Source: Geopsychrobacteraceae bacterium
GTDB taxonomy: Bacteria; Desulfobacterota; Desulfuromonadia; Desulfuromonadales; Geopsychrobacteraceae
DNA: 64,000 nt
Direction: 5' to 3'
NCBI GenBank assembly: GCA_963676795.2
Contig: CAXXTB010000002.1
Coordinates: 1,952,001 to 2,016,000, forward strand
Made by a program: the position numbers and the translations under genes. How positions within the stretch are numbered: position 1 is the first letter of the stretch; each line of letters opens with the position of its first letter. Below are positions 10,392 through 22,081 of this stretch, piece by piece. The notes beneath the pieces were generated by a model. The model had not been told where the DNA came from and did not search any database. It saw nothing but the letters and a program-made list of their open reading frames with translations.

Positions 10392-11348
10392 ATGAGTAGA
10401 CGCTTAACTGTTACCGACCTGAAAAGTTACTTCCATACCCGCAGTGGCGTTCTCAAGGCGATTGACGGGGTGAGCTTTGCGATCAACCGGGGAGAAACCC
10501 TTGCTCTGGTTGGCGAATCAGGCTGTGGCAAATCGATGACGGCCCTCTCCCTGCTGAGGCTCCTGCCGGAGCCGGGCAGGATCGCCTCCGGCAGTATCGA
10601 ACTGGATGGCCAGAACCTGCTGCAACTTCCCGAAAAAGAGATGCGCAGAATCCGCGGCAATGCCATATCGATGATCTTCCAGGAACCAATGACCTCTCTC
10701 AATCCGGTCCTGCGCATCGGTGAACAGATCGCCGAAGTCCTGCGTCTGCACCGCGGCGCAACGAAAAGCGAGGCCCTGACCCAGGCCGCGGAGCTGCTGA
10801 ACAAAGTTGGCATTGGCGACGCGGCAAGGCGCCTGCGCGAATATCCTCATCAGCTTTCCGGTGGCCAGCGCCAGCGGGTGATGATCGCCATGGCACTGGC
10901 CTGCAAACCCAAACTGCTGATTGCCGATGAGCCAACCACCGCCCTCGACGTCACCATCCAGGCGCAGATCATGGACCTGCTGCGCCAGATGCAGCAGGAA
11001 TTTCAGACGACAATGTTGCTGATCAGCCACGATCTGGGGATTGTTGCCGGCAACGCCGACAGGATCGCCGTCATGTACGCCGGAAAAATCGTTGAATACG
11101 GGCCGGTCAAAGAGGTTTTCAGCAACCCCGTGCACCCCTACACCAGGGGACTGCTCAACTGCGTACCACGACTCGGCCAGAAACAGGACCTGCCGACCAT
11201 CCCGGGCAGCCTGCCGAACCTCGAAGAAAAACATGACGGCTGTTTGTTTCTGGCCCGGTGCCCGCACCCCTGCCCCGAGTGTCCGACACAGTGCCCGGCG
11301 ATGGAGTTTATCGATAACGACCACCAGGTCAGATGCTGGAGGAAATAA
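10392..11348 (+). CDS. Peptide ABC transporter ATP-binding protein (DppD/OppD-like)
   Basis: [27 protein letters not shown]-terminal domain. Confidence 0.92.
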   Translation: MSRRLTVTDLKSYFHTRSGVLKAIDGVSFAINRGETLALVGESGCGKSMTALSLLRLLPEPGRIASGSIELDGQNLLQLPEKEMRRIRGNAISMIFQEPMTSLNPVLRIGEQIAEVLRLHRGATKSEALTQAAELLNKVGIGDAARRLREYPHQLSGGQRQRVMIAMALACKPKLLIADEPTTALDVTIQAQIMDLLRQMQQEFQTTMLLISHDLGIVAGNADRIAVMYAGKIVEYGPVKEVFSNPVHPYTRGLLNCVPRLGQKQDLPTIPGSLPNLEEKHDGCLFLARCPHPCPECPTQCPAMEFIDNDHQVRCWRK

Positions 11349-11350
11349 GC

Positions 11351-12331
11351 GTGTCGCTGCTTGAGATCAAAAACCTTAAAAAATCCTTCTCAGTCACTAC
11401 CCGAGAGAAAGGCAGGAAAGACCTGCTGGTCGCCGTCAACAATGTTTCCTTCAGTCTCAACCAGGGGGAGACGCTGGGCATCGTCGGTGAATCCGGTTGC
11501 GGCAAGTCAACAACCGGAAAACTGATCATGCAGCTCATCGAAGCCGACCAGGGAGAGGTCCTGTTAGAGGGGACCGATCTCTGCAAGCTTAGCCGCAGAG
11601 CGCTGCGCCCCTATCGCCGCCAGGTGCAGATGATCTTCCAGGACCCTTACTCATCCCTGAATCCGCGCATGAAGGTCGCCGACATCCTTGCCGAACCGCT
11701 ACAGATTCACGGACTTGCCACGGGTCCGCAATTACGCCAGCGCTGTCTGGAACTGCTGCAGCAGGTCGGACTCAACGAAGAGGCGCTGGATCGTTACCCG
11801 CATGAATTTTCCGGTGGCCAGCGGCAACGGATCGGCATTGCCCGGGCGATCGCCGTCGAACCGAAACTGATCATTGCCGATGAGCCAGTCTCCGCCCTCG
11901 ACCTGTCGGTCCAGGCCCAGATCCTCAACCTGCTCAAAGAGATCCAGCGCAGATACAGTCTCAGCTACCTGTTCATCGCTCACGATCTGGCAGTTATTGA
12001 ACACATCAGCGACCGGATCGCCGTCATGTACCTCGGTGAGATCGTTGAACTGACCAGCGCTGATGAACTGTATCGCAACCCGCGCCATCCATACACCGAA
12101 GCGCTGCTCAATGCCGTTCCGACGCCGGATCCCGCTGCGCCGCGCCCGGTCGCCCTAAGCGGAGAGATCCCGTCACCGGTCGATCCGCCGGCGGGCTGCC
12201 CCTTTCACCCGCGTTGCCCATATGCCGATCACCGCTGCCAGAGCGACAAGCCGATACTGCGGGAGATTGAGCCGCAGCATCTGGTGGCCTGCCATCATGA
12301 CCAGCAGGTTGGCCAGCAAGGGTGCCCTTGA
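11351..12331 (+). CDS. Peptide ABC transporter ATP-binding protein (DppF/OppF-like)
   Basis: [33 protein letters not shown] start 2 nt after the upstream stop. Confidence 0.92.
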   Translation: MSLLEIKNLKKSFSVTTREKGRKDLLVAVNNVSFSLNQGETLGIVGESGCGKSTTGKLIMQLIEADQGEVLLEGTDLCKLSRRALRPYRRQVQMIFQDPYSSLNPRMKVADILAEPLQIHGLATGPQLRQRCLELLQQVGLNEEALDRYPHEFSGGQRQRIGIARAIAVEPKLIIADEPVSALDLSVQAQILNLLKEIQRRYSLSYLFIAHDLAVIEHISDRIAVMYLGEIVELTSADELYRNPRHPYTEALLNAVPTPDPAAPRPVALSGEIPSPVDPPAGCPFHPRCPYADHRCQSDKPILREIEPQHLVACHHDQQVGQQGCP

Positions 12332-12338
12332 GAACCAC

Positions 12339-12367
12339 TTGACACACTGTGCCACCAGTGGCACAAT
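12339..12367 (+). promoter_or_regulatory. Putative sigma70 promoter overlapped by palindromic operator
   Basis: TTGACA-N17-CACAAT; TGTGCCA-CCAG-TGGCACA at 12348-12365 covers the spacer and part of the -10. Confidence 0.65.
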
Positions 12368-12399
12368 CCCCGCCCATACCTAACACACAGGGGAAATGC

Positions 12400-14682
<2,283 letters not shown>

Positions 14683-14683
14683 G

Positions 14684-14732
14684 CGTGCCATGCCCTGCAC
14701 ATCTCGGTCGCAAATGTGCCACCACTGGCACA
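14684..14732. promoter_or_regulatory. Tandem upstream activator (enhancer) sites
   Basis: TGTGCCA-CCAC-TGGCACA (14715-14732) and degenerate CGTGCCA-TGCC-CTGCACA (14684-14701), 31 bp apart. Confidence 0.65.
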
Positions 14733-14862
14733 CGTGCGACCGGCCCAGCAATATTCATTCGACCTCGCAGCAGACCAAGGAAAAAGAAAAAGTCCCGCCC
14801 CTACAGAAGATTAGACACAGAAATAGCGACATTTCCCTGGCGCGCGACCGAAATCCTGAAAC

Positions 14863-14878
14863 TGGCACAGTTTCTGCT
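14863..14878 (+). promoter_or_regulatory. Sigma54 (-24/-12) promoter
   Basis: TGGCACAGTTTCTGCT, exact GG-N10-GC spacing. Confidence 0.75.
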
Positions 14879-14888
14879 CATATCAACG

Positions 14889-14984
14889 CCACATGTACGG
14901 GGTAAGACCGTTCCCGCCCGAACGGTTTTCAGTAGATCCCATTTAGCCGCCAAGGAACCTCTCTCCCCTTGGCGGTATTTTTTT
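14889..14984 (+). ncRNA. Candidate sigma54-dependent small RNA
   Basis: Starts at the predicted +1; hairpin ACCGTTC-ccgccc-GAACGGT; terminator CCGCCAAGG-aacctctctcc-CCTTGGCGG-TA-T7; no RBS-led ORF. Confidence 0.55.
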
Positions 14985-15067
14985 GCCCTTTTTAATTCAC
15001 TTATGATTGACAGTTAAGATATAATAATAACTCATCTTGAACCTATTTCTGTGATTCTTGTCTGCCA

Positions 15068-17410
15068 ATGAAATCGACCCAATCAAAAAAATCCGATCGC
15101 CACCTAGGCCTGAGCACCCTGCAGGACATCAGCGCGATCATTCTCAAGTCCCACGACCTCAACGAGACAATCACCAATATTGTTGATCTCGTCGCCCAGA
15201 GGGCGAAATCGGACGTCTGCTCGCTTTATCTGCTCGACAACGACAACCTGACCCTCACCCTGCGGGCGACCAAGGGTCTTGATAAAGCGGCGATTGGAAA
15301 AGTCAGCCTGAAAATCGGCGAAGGTCTTACCGGTACCGTCGCAGCCGACAAACAGGTTCTGGCCCTCCAGGAACCGCAGAACCATCCGGCCTACCGCTAT
15401 TTCTCGGAGACCGGCGAAGAAAAGTTCCATACCTTTGTCGGCATTCCGCTCCTCGACAGGAATCACGCCATCGGTGTTCTGGTTATCCAGACCAGGATTG
15501 CACACGATTTTACCGAGGAAGAACTGGCCACCCTGTCGACCATTGCCTTTCAGGTCGCCTCGATCGTCGTCAACGCACGCCTGCTCGATGCCATCGACCA
15601 GTTCCAGCTGCCCATGCCGGAGCCGGCCGAACCGCAGCAAGAATCCGCTGATACCGATTCAGATACGCAACCTCAGACAATCCGCGGCAAATCGGCCTAT
15701 CCCGGCGTCGCCATCGGCCCGGCCAATGTCATCGATCAGAAATACGGCTTTGCCGATATTCTTGAAGAATGCAACGTTGATCCCGAGCACGAAAGCCGGC
15801 TGCTCGACAAGGCCCTGCGCCAGACCCGGATTCAGACCCTGTATCTCGAAAAACGCGTCGCCGAAAAGCTCACCCAGGAAGATGCGGCCATCTTCCATAC
15901 CCACCTGATGATCCTTGAAGATCGCGGCTTTATCGATCGCCTGCACAGCAAAATCGATGCAGGTCACAGCGCACCATACGCCCTGAAAAAGGTCATCGGC
16001 GACTACATCGACGCTTTCGGCCAGATGGAAGACGCCTACCTGCGCGAGCGCGCCGCCGACATGGAAGATATCGGCCGACGCCTGCTCGCCAACCTGACCG
16101 GCAAAGCGACCGACGGTTTGCACCTCAACCATCCCGGCATCCTGGTTGCCAAACGCCTGCTTCCTTCCGACATGGCCATCCTTGACCACGAAAAGATCCA
16201 GGGGATGGTTCTCGAATCGAATGAAGCCAATGCCCATTCGGTCATCATGGCCAAGGCGCTGGGCATTCCTGCGGTTATCGGCGTTAAGGGCGCTGTCTCA
16301 CTGATACAGCCCGATGTCACAGTCATCCTCGATGCCAACACCGGAAGCATTTACCAGAATCCCCACCCGACCGTCATCGAAGAATATCAGCGCCTCGAAC
16401 AGGACCGCCAGCAGGAACAGGAACGTCTCAGCTGCCTGCGTGACCTTCCCGCCGAGACCAGCGACAGGGTAAAAATCAACCTGCGGGCCAACATCGGCCT
16501 GGTCAGCGATGTCAGCGTAGCCCAGCAGAACGGCGCCGAAGGGGTGGGGCTGTACCGCACCGAATTCCCCTATATGACGAGGAAATCTTTTCCGGATCGC
16601 CAGGACCAGTACCTGCTCTACAAACGCATCATTCAGGAATTTGACGGTCTGCCGGTCACTATCCGCACCCTGGACATCGGCGGAGACAAGGTTCTGCCCT
16701 ACTTTGCCATGCCGAACGAGGACAACCCGTTCATGGGTTGGCGCTCCGTCCGGATCAGCCTTGAAAACAGACAGATCTTCCAGACCCAGATCGAAGCCAT
16801 CCTCATGGCTGCGCTCCATGGACCGGTCAAACTGCTCTTTCCGATGATTTCGAACATGGAAGAGATCCGCGCCTGCAAGCAAATCGTCACGGCCGCCAAG
16901 CAATCGTTGCGCGACGAAGGCATTCCCTTCTCCGACAAGGTTCCACTCGGAGCGATGATCGAAGTGCCGGCAGCGGTACGTATCGCCCGCCATCTGGCCA
17001 AAGAGGTTGACTTCTTTGCCCTCGGCACCAACGACCTGATCCAGTACCTGCTGGCAGCGGACCGCTCGAATTCCAAGGTCGAAAAATACTACGATCCCCT
17101 GCATCCGGCCGTCATGCTCTCGCTCCACGGCATAGCCGAAGCAGCCCGCGAGCAGAATATCAGCGTCTGCGTCTGCGGCGAGATGGCGACCGACCCGATC
17201 TGCCTGTTCGCCATGATCGGTTTGGGAATTCACGAATTTTCGCTTTCGGCCCCCTATATCCCGCAACTCAAGCACCTGATCAGGCGCATCAACTCGGAGC
17301 AGGCCCAGGCTGTCGCCAGTCAGGCTCTCGACAAGGCAGACAGCCATGAGATTCGCTCTCTGCTTGAAGCTGCCGTCGCAGGCCTGCCGGAATCACCGCT
17401 CCCCTGCTGA
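15068..17410 (+). CDS. ptsP: PEP-protein phosphotransferase with N-terminal GAF domain (EI-Ntr)
   Basis: GAF domain; AHSVIMAKALGIP; GVGLYRTEF, RTLDIGGDK, GTNDLIQY, CGEMA. Confidence 0.93.
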   Translation: MKSTQSKKSDRHLGLSTLQDISAIILKSHDLNETITNIVDLVAQRAKSDVCSLYLLDNDNLTLTLRATKGLDKAAIGKVSLKIGEGLTGTVAADKQVLALQEPQNHPAYRYFSETGEEKFHTFVGIPLLDRNHAIGVLVIQTRIAHDFTEEELATLSTIAFQVASIVVNARLLDAIDQFQLPMPEPAEPQQESADTDSDTQPQTIRGKSAYPGVAIGPANVIDQKYGFADILEECNVDPEHESRLLDKALRQTRIQTLYLEKRVAEKLTQEDAAIFHTHLMILEDRGFIDRLHSKIDAGHSAPYALKKVIGDYIDAFGQMEDAYLRERAADMEDIGRRLLANLTGKATDGLHLNHPGILVAKRLLPSDMAILDHEKIQGMVLESNEANAHSVIMAKALGIPAVIGVKGAVSLIQPDVTVILDANTGSIYQNPHPTVIEEYQRLEQDRQQEQERLSCLRDLPAETSDRVKINLRANIGLVSDVSVAQQNGAEGVGLYRTEFPYMTRKSFPDRQDQYLLYKRIIQEFDGLPVTIRTLDIGGDKVLPYFAMPNEDNPFMGWRSVRISLENRQIFQTQIEAILMAALHGPVKLLFPMISNMEEIRACKQIVTAAKQSLRDEGIPFSDKVPLGAMIEVPAAVRIARHLAKEVDFFALGTNDLIQYLLAADRSNSKVEKYYDPLHPAVMLSLHGIAEAAREQNISVCVCGEMATDPICLFAMIGLGIHEFSLSAPYIPQLKHLIRRINSEQAQAVASQALDKADSHEIRSLLEAAVAGLPESPLPC

Positions 17411-17487
17411 CCTTTTCTCCTGATCGCACCCGCAGCCTCACCAGCACAACCCGAGAGCATGCCCTCAAGCCGCATGCTGACGCAATA

Positions 17488-17521
17488 AAAAGGCCGAAGC
17501 GATTTCTCGCTTCGGCCTTTT
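17488..17521. terminator. Bidirectional intrinsic terminator
   Basis: AAAAGGCCGAAGCGA-tttc-TCGCTTCGGCCTTTT between convergent ptsP and pyc. Confidence 0.85.
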
Positions 17522-17549
17522 GTTTCTGCAGCTATCGACCCGGGTACGG

Positions 17550-20500
17550 TCAATCCATGATTACCAGAAGATCCCCCTGGTCGACCTGATCCCCTTCACC
17601 GAAAAGCAGTTCCGTAACCACGCCATTCTTTTTCGCCCTGATGTTGGTTTCCATCTTCATTGCTTCGGTGACCAGCAGTACGTCTCCGGCTGAGACCGCA
17701 TCACCGGCCTTGACGATGACCTTGAAGATCTTGCCCGGCATCGGAGCACCAACCTCATGGCCATTGTCAGGGTCTGCCTTACGGTTACTGACGATCTCGG
17801 TTTCAACGGAACGATCGCGGACGGTGGTACTGCGCGGCTCACCGTTCAACTCAAAATAGATAAACCTGGTACCATCTTCACGGACCCGCCCGATCGCATT
17901 CAATTTGACGACCAGGGTTTTACCCGGCTGAATCTCGATATTGACCTCATCGCCGATATCCAGTCCGTAAAAGAACAGCGGGGTCGGCAGCAGCGAGATA
18001 TCACCGTATTCCTGACGGAAACGGTCAAATTCCTCATAAACACCCGGATAGAGAACGGCAGACAGAACCTCGCGCTCCGGCAGTTCATGCCCCAGCTTCT
18101 TCTCCAGTTCATCTTTTCTGGCGACGAAATCGATCGGCTCGAGCAACTCACCAGGACGGCAAGTCAGCGGCTTTTCCCCCTTGAGAATAATCTTCTGCAG
18201 CTCATATGGGAAACCGCCATACGGCTGGCCGATCATCCCCTTGAAGAAATCGACGACACTCTGAGGAAAGGTCAGGTCCTGCCCTCTGCGATAGACATCT
18301 TCCGGCTGCAGATTGTTCTGCACCATGTACAGCGCCATATCACCAACGATCTTGGAAGACGGCGTAACCTTGACCAGGTCGCCGAACATGTCGTTGACCT
18401 TGCGGTACATCTTCTTGCACTCTTCCCAGCGATGGCCAAGACCGAAGCCTTCGACCTGTGGCTTGTAGTTGGAATACTGGCCACCCGGAATCTCATGCTC
18501 ATAGACCTGGGCCGTACCACTGCGCAGCTCGGATTCGAACGGCGCATAATAGGTCCGGCAGGTTTCCCAGTAGTTGGCCAGCTGTTGCAGACCGTCGCGA
18601 TCCAGCTTCGGATCCCACATGGTTCCTTCCAGAGCAGAAAGCAGCGCGTTCATATTCGGCTGGGCGGTCAGACCGGAAACCGACGAGAGCGAGGCGTCAA
18701 CGATGTCACATCCGGCCTGGGTCGCCTGCAGCAGCATCGACCCTGCGTTACTGGAGGTGTCGTGGGTATGCAGATGGATCGGCAGACCAACCTCATTCTT
18801 CAGAGCCTTGACCAGCTTTTCTGCAGCAAACGGCTTGATCAGGCCAGCCATATCCTTGATCGCCAAGATATGCGCGCCCATCTTCTCAAGCTCCTTGGCC
18901 ATGTTGACATAGTAGCTCAGCGGATACTTGTCACGCTTCGGATCGAGAATGTCACCTGTGTAACAGATCGCCGCTTCACAGAGAGCGTTATTCTTACGTA
19001 CCGCCTCCATGGCAACCTGCATCCCCTTGGTCCAGTTCAGCGAATCGAAAACGCGGAAGATATCGATCCCCCCCTGGGCGGCTTTGGCAACAAATTCCTG
19101 GACGACATTGTCAGGATAGTTGGTGTAACCGACGGCATTGGAGCCGCGCAGCAGCATCTGAAAGAGGATATTCGGAATCTTCTCACGCAGCCGGTCAAGA
19201 CGCTCCCATGGATCCTCATGGAGGAAGCGCATGGCAACGTCAAAGGTTGCACCGCCCCACATCTCGAGCGAGAACAGTCCACCGCCAAGATGCGCGGTTG
19301 CCTCAGCAATGCGCTCCAGATCAAAGGTCCGGAAACGGGTCGCAACCAGAGACTGGTGGGCATCACGCATAGTCGTGTCGGAGATCAGCAGGTGCTTCTG
19401 ATCGCGGGCCCACTGGGCCAGCCCCTCGGGACCTTTTTCGCGCAGAATGTCGCGGGTTCCGCGCGGGTGAGGCTTGCCGTAAGGGATAGATGGGATTTCA
19501 GGCTCGCGCAGACCGGAAAAATGCAGAGCCTTGGCCGGCGCAATGCCACTGAAGCCATTGACCGTCACATCTCCGATGTAGTTGAGAATTTTATTGGCAC
19601 GGTCCTTCTTGACTGCCATTTCGAACAATTCCGGATGCTGATCAATAAACGAGGTATCGCACTTCCCTTCGAGAAAGGTCGGATGAGTAACAACATTCTC
19701 GAGAAATCCGATATTGGTCTTGACGCCGCGGATCCGGAATTCCTGCAGGGCGCGGTGCATAATCTGCGCAGCATCATGGAAGGTCAGCGACCAGGTTGAT
19801 GTCTTAACCAGCAGGGAATCGTAGTGAGGCGTGATGACAGCTCCAGAATAACCGGCAGCAGCATCAAGGCGCACGCCGAAACCGGCCGGCGAACGATAGG
19901 CCTTGATCGTTCCGAAGTCAGGGGAAAAGCTGTTCGTCGGATCCTCTGTTGTGATCCGGCACTGGATCGCATAACCGCGCAACTCGATATCCTCCTGCCC
20001 CTTGATACCGATCTGGGGATCTGAAAGCTTGTAGCCTTCAGCAACCCGGATCTGGGCAGACACCAGATTGCGCATGGTGACCAGTTCGGTAACTGTATGC
20101 TCAACCTGAATACGCGGATTGACCTCGATAAAGTAGAAGTTCCCGTCCTTGTCCATCAGGAATTCAACGGTTCCCGCATTGATATAACCAACCTCACGGC
20201 CGATTCTCAGTGCGTAATCGCAGAGCTCCTGACGTTTTTCTTCCGTCAGGTACAGAGAAGGAGCGATTTCGATGACCTTCTGATGGCGGCGCTGGATCGA
20301 ACAGTCCCGTTCGTAGAAATGAACCAGGTTGCCATGCTTGTCACCGAAAATCTGAACCTCGACATGCTTTGGCTTTTCAATATATTTTTCCAGAAAGACG
20401 GTCGCATCACCAAAGGCAGCCTTCGCTTCAGAGGCGGCGCTCTTCAGCCCTTCGAGCAACTCCTTCTGGTTGTTGACGACGCGCATGCCGCGGCCGCCAC

Positions 20501-21002
20501 CGCCAGCACTCGCCTTGACGATAATCGGGTAACCGCAGGACTTGGCAAACTTGAGCGCCTCCTCCTCGCTTCTGATCGGATTTTCGGTGCCGGGAACAAT
20601 CGGCACACCGGCAGCCAGGGCAACCTGACGACCAGAGACCTTGTCGCCGAGGCGGCGTTGAATCTCGGGGGTTGGACCGATAAAAATGATGCCGGCTCTT
20701 TCGCAGGCTTCCGCGAAATCGGCGTTTTCAGACAAGAAACCGTAGCCGGGATGAATCGCGTCGACATCCTTCTTACGGGCAAGATCAATGATTTCATCGA
20801 TTGACAGGTAGGCCTCGATCGGCCCCTTGCCCTTACCGATCTGATAGGCTTCATCAGCCTTGTAGCGATGCAACGACAGGCGATCCTGCTCGGCGTAAAT
20901 TGCGACCGTTGAAATGCCCAGTTCGGCACAGGCGCGGAAAATCCGAATCGCGATCTCGCTGCGATTCGCAACCATAATCTTTTTAATCTGTTTTACTGCC
21001 AT
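17550..21002 (-). CDS. pyc: Pyruvate carboxylase
   Basis: Biotin carboxylase (ANRSEIA, HPGYGFLSEN), carboxyltransferase (RDAHQSL, HLHTH) and biotin carrier (EAMKM) domains in one 1150 aa chain. Confidence 0.97.
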   Translation of the reverse strand: MAVKQIKKIMVANRSEIAIRIFRACAELGISTVAIYAEQDRLSLHRYKADEAYQIGKGKGPIEAYLSIDEIIDLARKKDVDAIHPGYGFLSENADFAEACERAGIIFIGPTPEIQRRLGDKVSGRQVALAAGVPIVPGTENPIRSEEEALKFAKSCGYPIIVKASAGGGGRGMRVVNNQKELLEGLKSAASEAKAAFGDATVFLEKYIEKPKHVEVQIFGDKHGNLVHFYERDCSIQRRHQKVIEIAPSLYLTEEKRQELCDYALRIGREVGYINAGTVEFLMDKDGNFYFIEVNPRIQVEHTVTELVTMRNLVSAQIRVAEGYKLSDPQIGIKGQEDIELRGYAIQCRITTEDPTNSFSPDFGTIKAYRSPAGFGVRLDAAAGYSGAVITPHYDSLLVKTSTWSLTFHDAAQIMHRALQEFRIRGVKTNIGFLENVVTHPTFLEGKCDTSFIDQHPELFEMAVKKDRANKILNYIGDVTVNGFSGIAPAKALHFSGLREPEIPSIPYGKPHPRGTRDILREKGPEGLAQWARDQKHLLISDTTMRDAHQSLVATRFRTFDLERIAEATAHLGGGLFSLEMWGGATFDVAMRFLHEDPWERLDRLREKIPNILFQMLLRGSNAVGYTNYPDNVVQEFVAKAAQGGIDIFRVFDSLNWTKGMQVAMEAVRKNNALCEAAICYTGDILDPKRDKYPLSYYVNMAKELEKMGAHILAIKDMAGLIKPFAAEKLVKALKNEVGLPIHLHTHDTSSNAGSMLLQATQAGCDIVDASLSSVSGLTAQPNMNALLSALEGTMWDPKLDRDGLQQLANYWETCRTYYAPFESELRSGTAQVYEHEIPGGQYSNYKPQVEGFGLGHRWEECKKMYRKVNDMFGDLVKVTPSSKIVGDMALYMVQNNLQPEDVYRRGQDLTFPQSVVDFFKGMIGQPYGGFPYELQKIILKGEKPLTCRPGELLEPIDFVARKDELEKKLGHELPEREVLSAVLYPGVYEEFDRFRQEYGDISLLPTPLFFYGLDIGDEVNIEIQPGKTLVVKLNAIGRVREDGTRFIYFELNGEPRSTTVRDRSVETEIVSNRKADPDNGHEVGAPMPGKIFKVIVKAGDAVSAGDVLLVTEAMKMETNIRAKKNGVVTELLFGEGDQVDQGDLLVIMD

Positions 21003-21282
21003 AAAAAAACCCTCTCAAAAACCTGCTAAACACTAAAGCTATCTGTAGCCAGGGTTGGTCTTTCCTGCCCTAGCTACACTCGGAGTTCTCCTAAAATATC
21101 AGTTGCTTACAATTGCATAAAAAAAGGAATAAAAACAATAAAACAGCATTTTTGTCAAGCTAGAATGTTGTTTTATTTCGTGCACAGTACGGGGTTTTTG
21201 TGAGTTTTTCAGCACATTAGACAAGAATATAAAGAATATCAAGAGTCTAAAACAGATAAGAGAAAAAACAATGGGGAAAGAT

Positions 21283-21942
21283 TCAGGCAAAAATATCGAG
21301 ACTGGTCATCCCGCCGCCCGCAATGGGGTCATTCCCAACGTCTTGAACAACGGCGGAACCCTGCTCCGCAACCGCTCCATCTGAGGTCGTGACCGAATTC
21401 AGCTCGACAGAAGCATCACTGGCTATTGTCTGGCGAGCCTCGCTGGCCATCGCCAGAGCACGCGAAGCGACACGCATATCCTGTGCACTCGGCTGAACGG
21501 GTGCCAGGGCAGCAGCCCTGACCTGACTGGCCTTCTGCAGGGTCGCCTCCGGATCTCCGGGGATTGATGAGATATCGATACTGACCTCGCCACCCGTGGC
21601 ATAACTGCGTCCGTCCGGGCCACGCGAGAAGGAATAGGATGGAGATCCCGCATAACTGCCACCGGCCGCCGCATGGGCAGCCTCGTGGGCACGCACCTCC
21701 TTGTCACGCGCCTGCAACTGACGAATCTCCTCAGCCTCGCGTGACAACTCAAAACTGTCACGTGGACTGCCATCTGGTTTTGTCAGTTTCTGACCAGGCT
21801 CGGTCCTAACATTCGGATCAGCCTTTTCCTGAACAGATGCAGAGGAGGTCGTAGAAGAATTTTCGGAAGTCGCAGAATCTGCATTTGCAGGAAGAGAGGA
21901 CAACAAACCGGCTGTGTATGTATCAGTACTTGAAATGATCAT
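21283..21942 (-). CDS. SprA-related putative metalloprotease family protein
   Basis: RDKEVRAHEAAH...GPDGRSYATGGEVSID...AALAPVQPSAQD. Confidence 0.8.
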   Translation of the reverse strand: MIISSTDTYTAGLLSSLPANADSATSENSSTTSSASVQEKADPNVRTEPGQKLTKPDGSPRDSFELSREAEEIRQLQARDKEVRAHEAAHAAAGGSYAGSPSYSFSRGPDGRSYATGGEVSIDISSIPGDPEATLQKASQVRAAALAPVQPSAQDMRVASRALAMASEARQTIASDASVELNSVTTSDGAVAEQGSAVVQDVGNDPIAGGGMTSLDIFA

Positions 21943-22081
21943 AACTCACCACCTGTCTGGCGATTCTACTCAAACTGCAGATTAATTACAACAAATATAT
22001 CTGTCCACAGCAGACCAAATACGGCTTGCCTACGCAGTTGGAGCATGATAACGTCAATCAAATGACGCCAAGGAGGCCTCC

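Noticed and set aside
10392..12331. Orphan dppD/dppF as a novel system
   Set aside because: ATPase genes separated from their permease genes are commonplace; nothing unusual in the sequences
14893..14946. 17-codon ORF MYGVRPFPPERFSVDPI inside the candidate sRNA
   Set aside because: ATG only ~4 nt from the predicted +1, no SD and no recognisable motif; leaderless translation cannot be excluded without ribosome profiling
17757..19799. 680 aa plus-strand ORF (likewise 23709-25280, 41962-43620, 1048-2163 and other long overlapping ORFs)
   Set aside because: Antisense shadows of well-supported genes (pyc, typA, kinase, ompA), expected with GC-rich codon bias; no recognisable motifs
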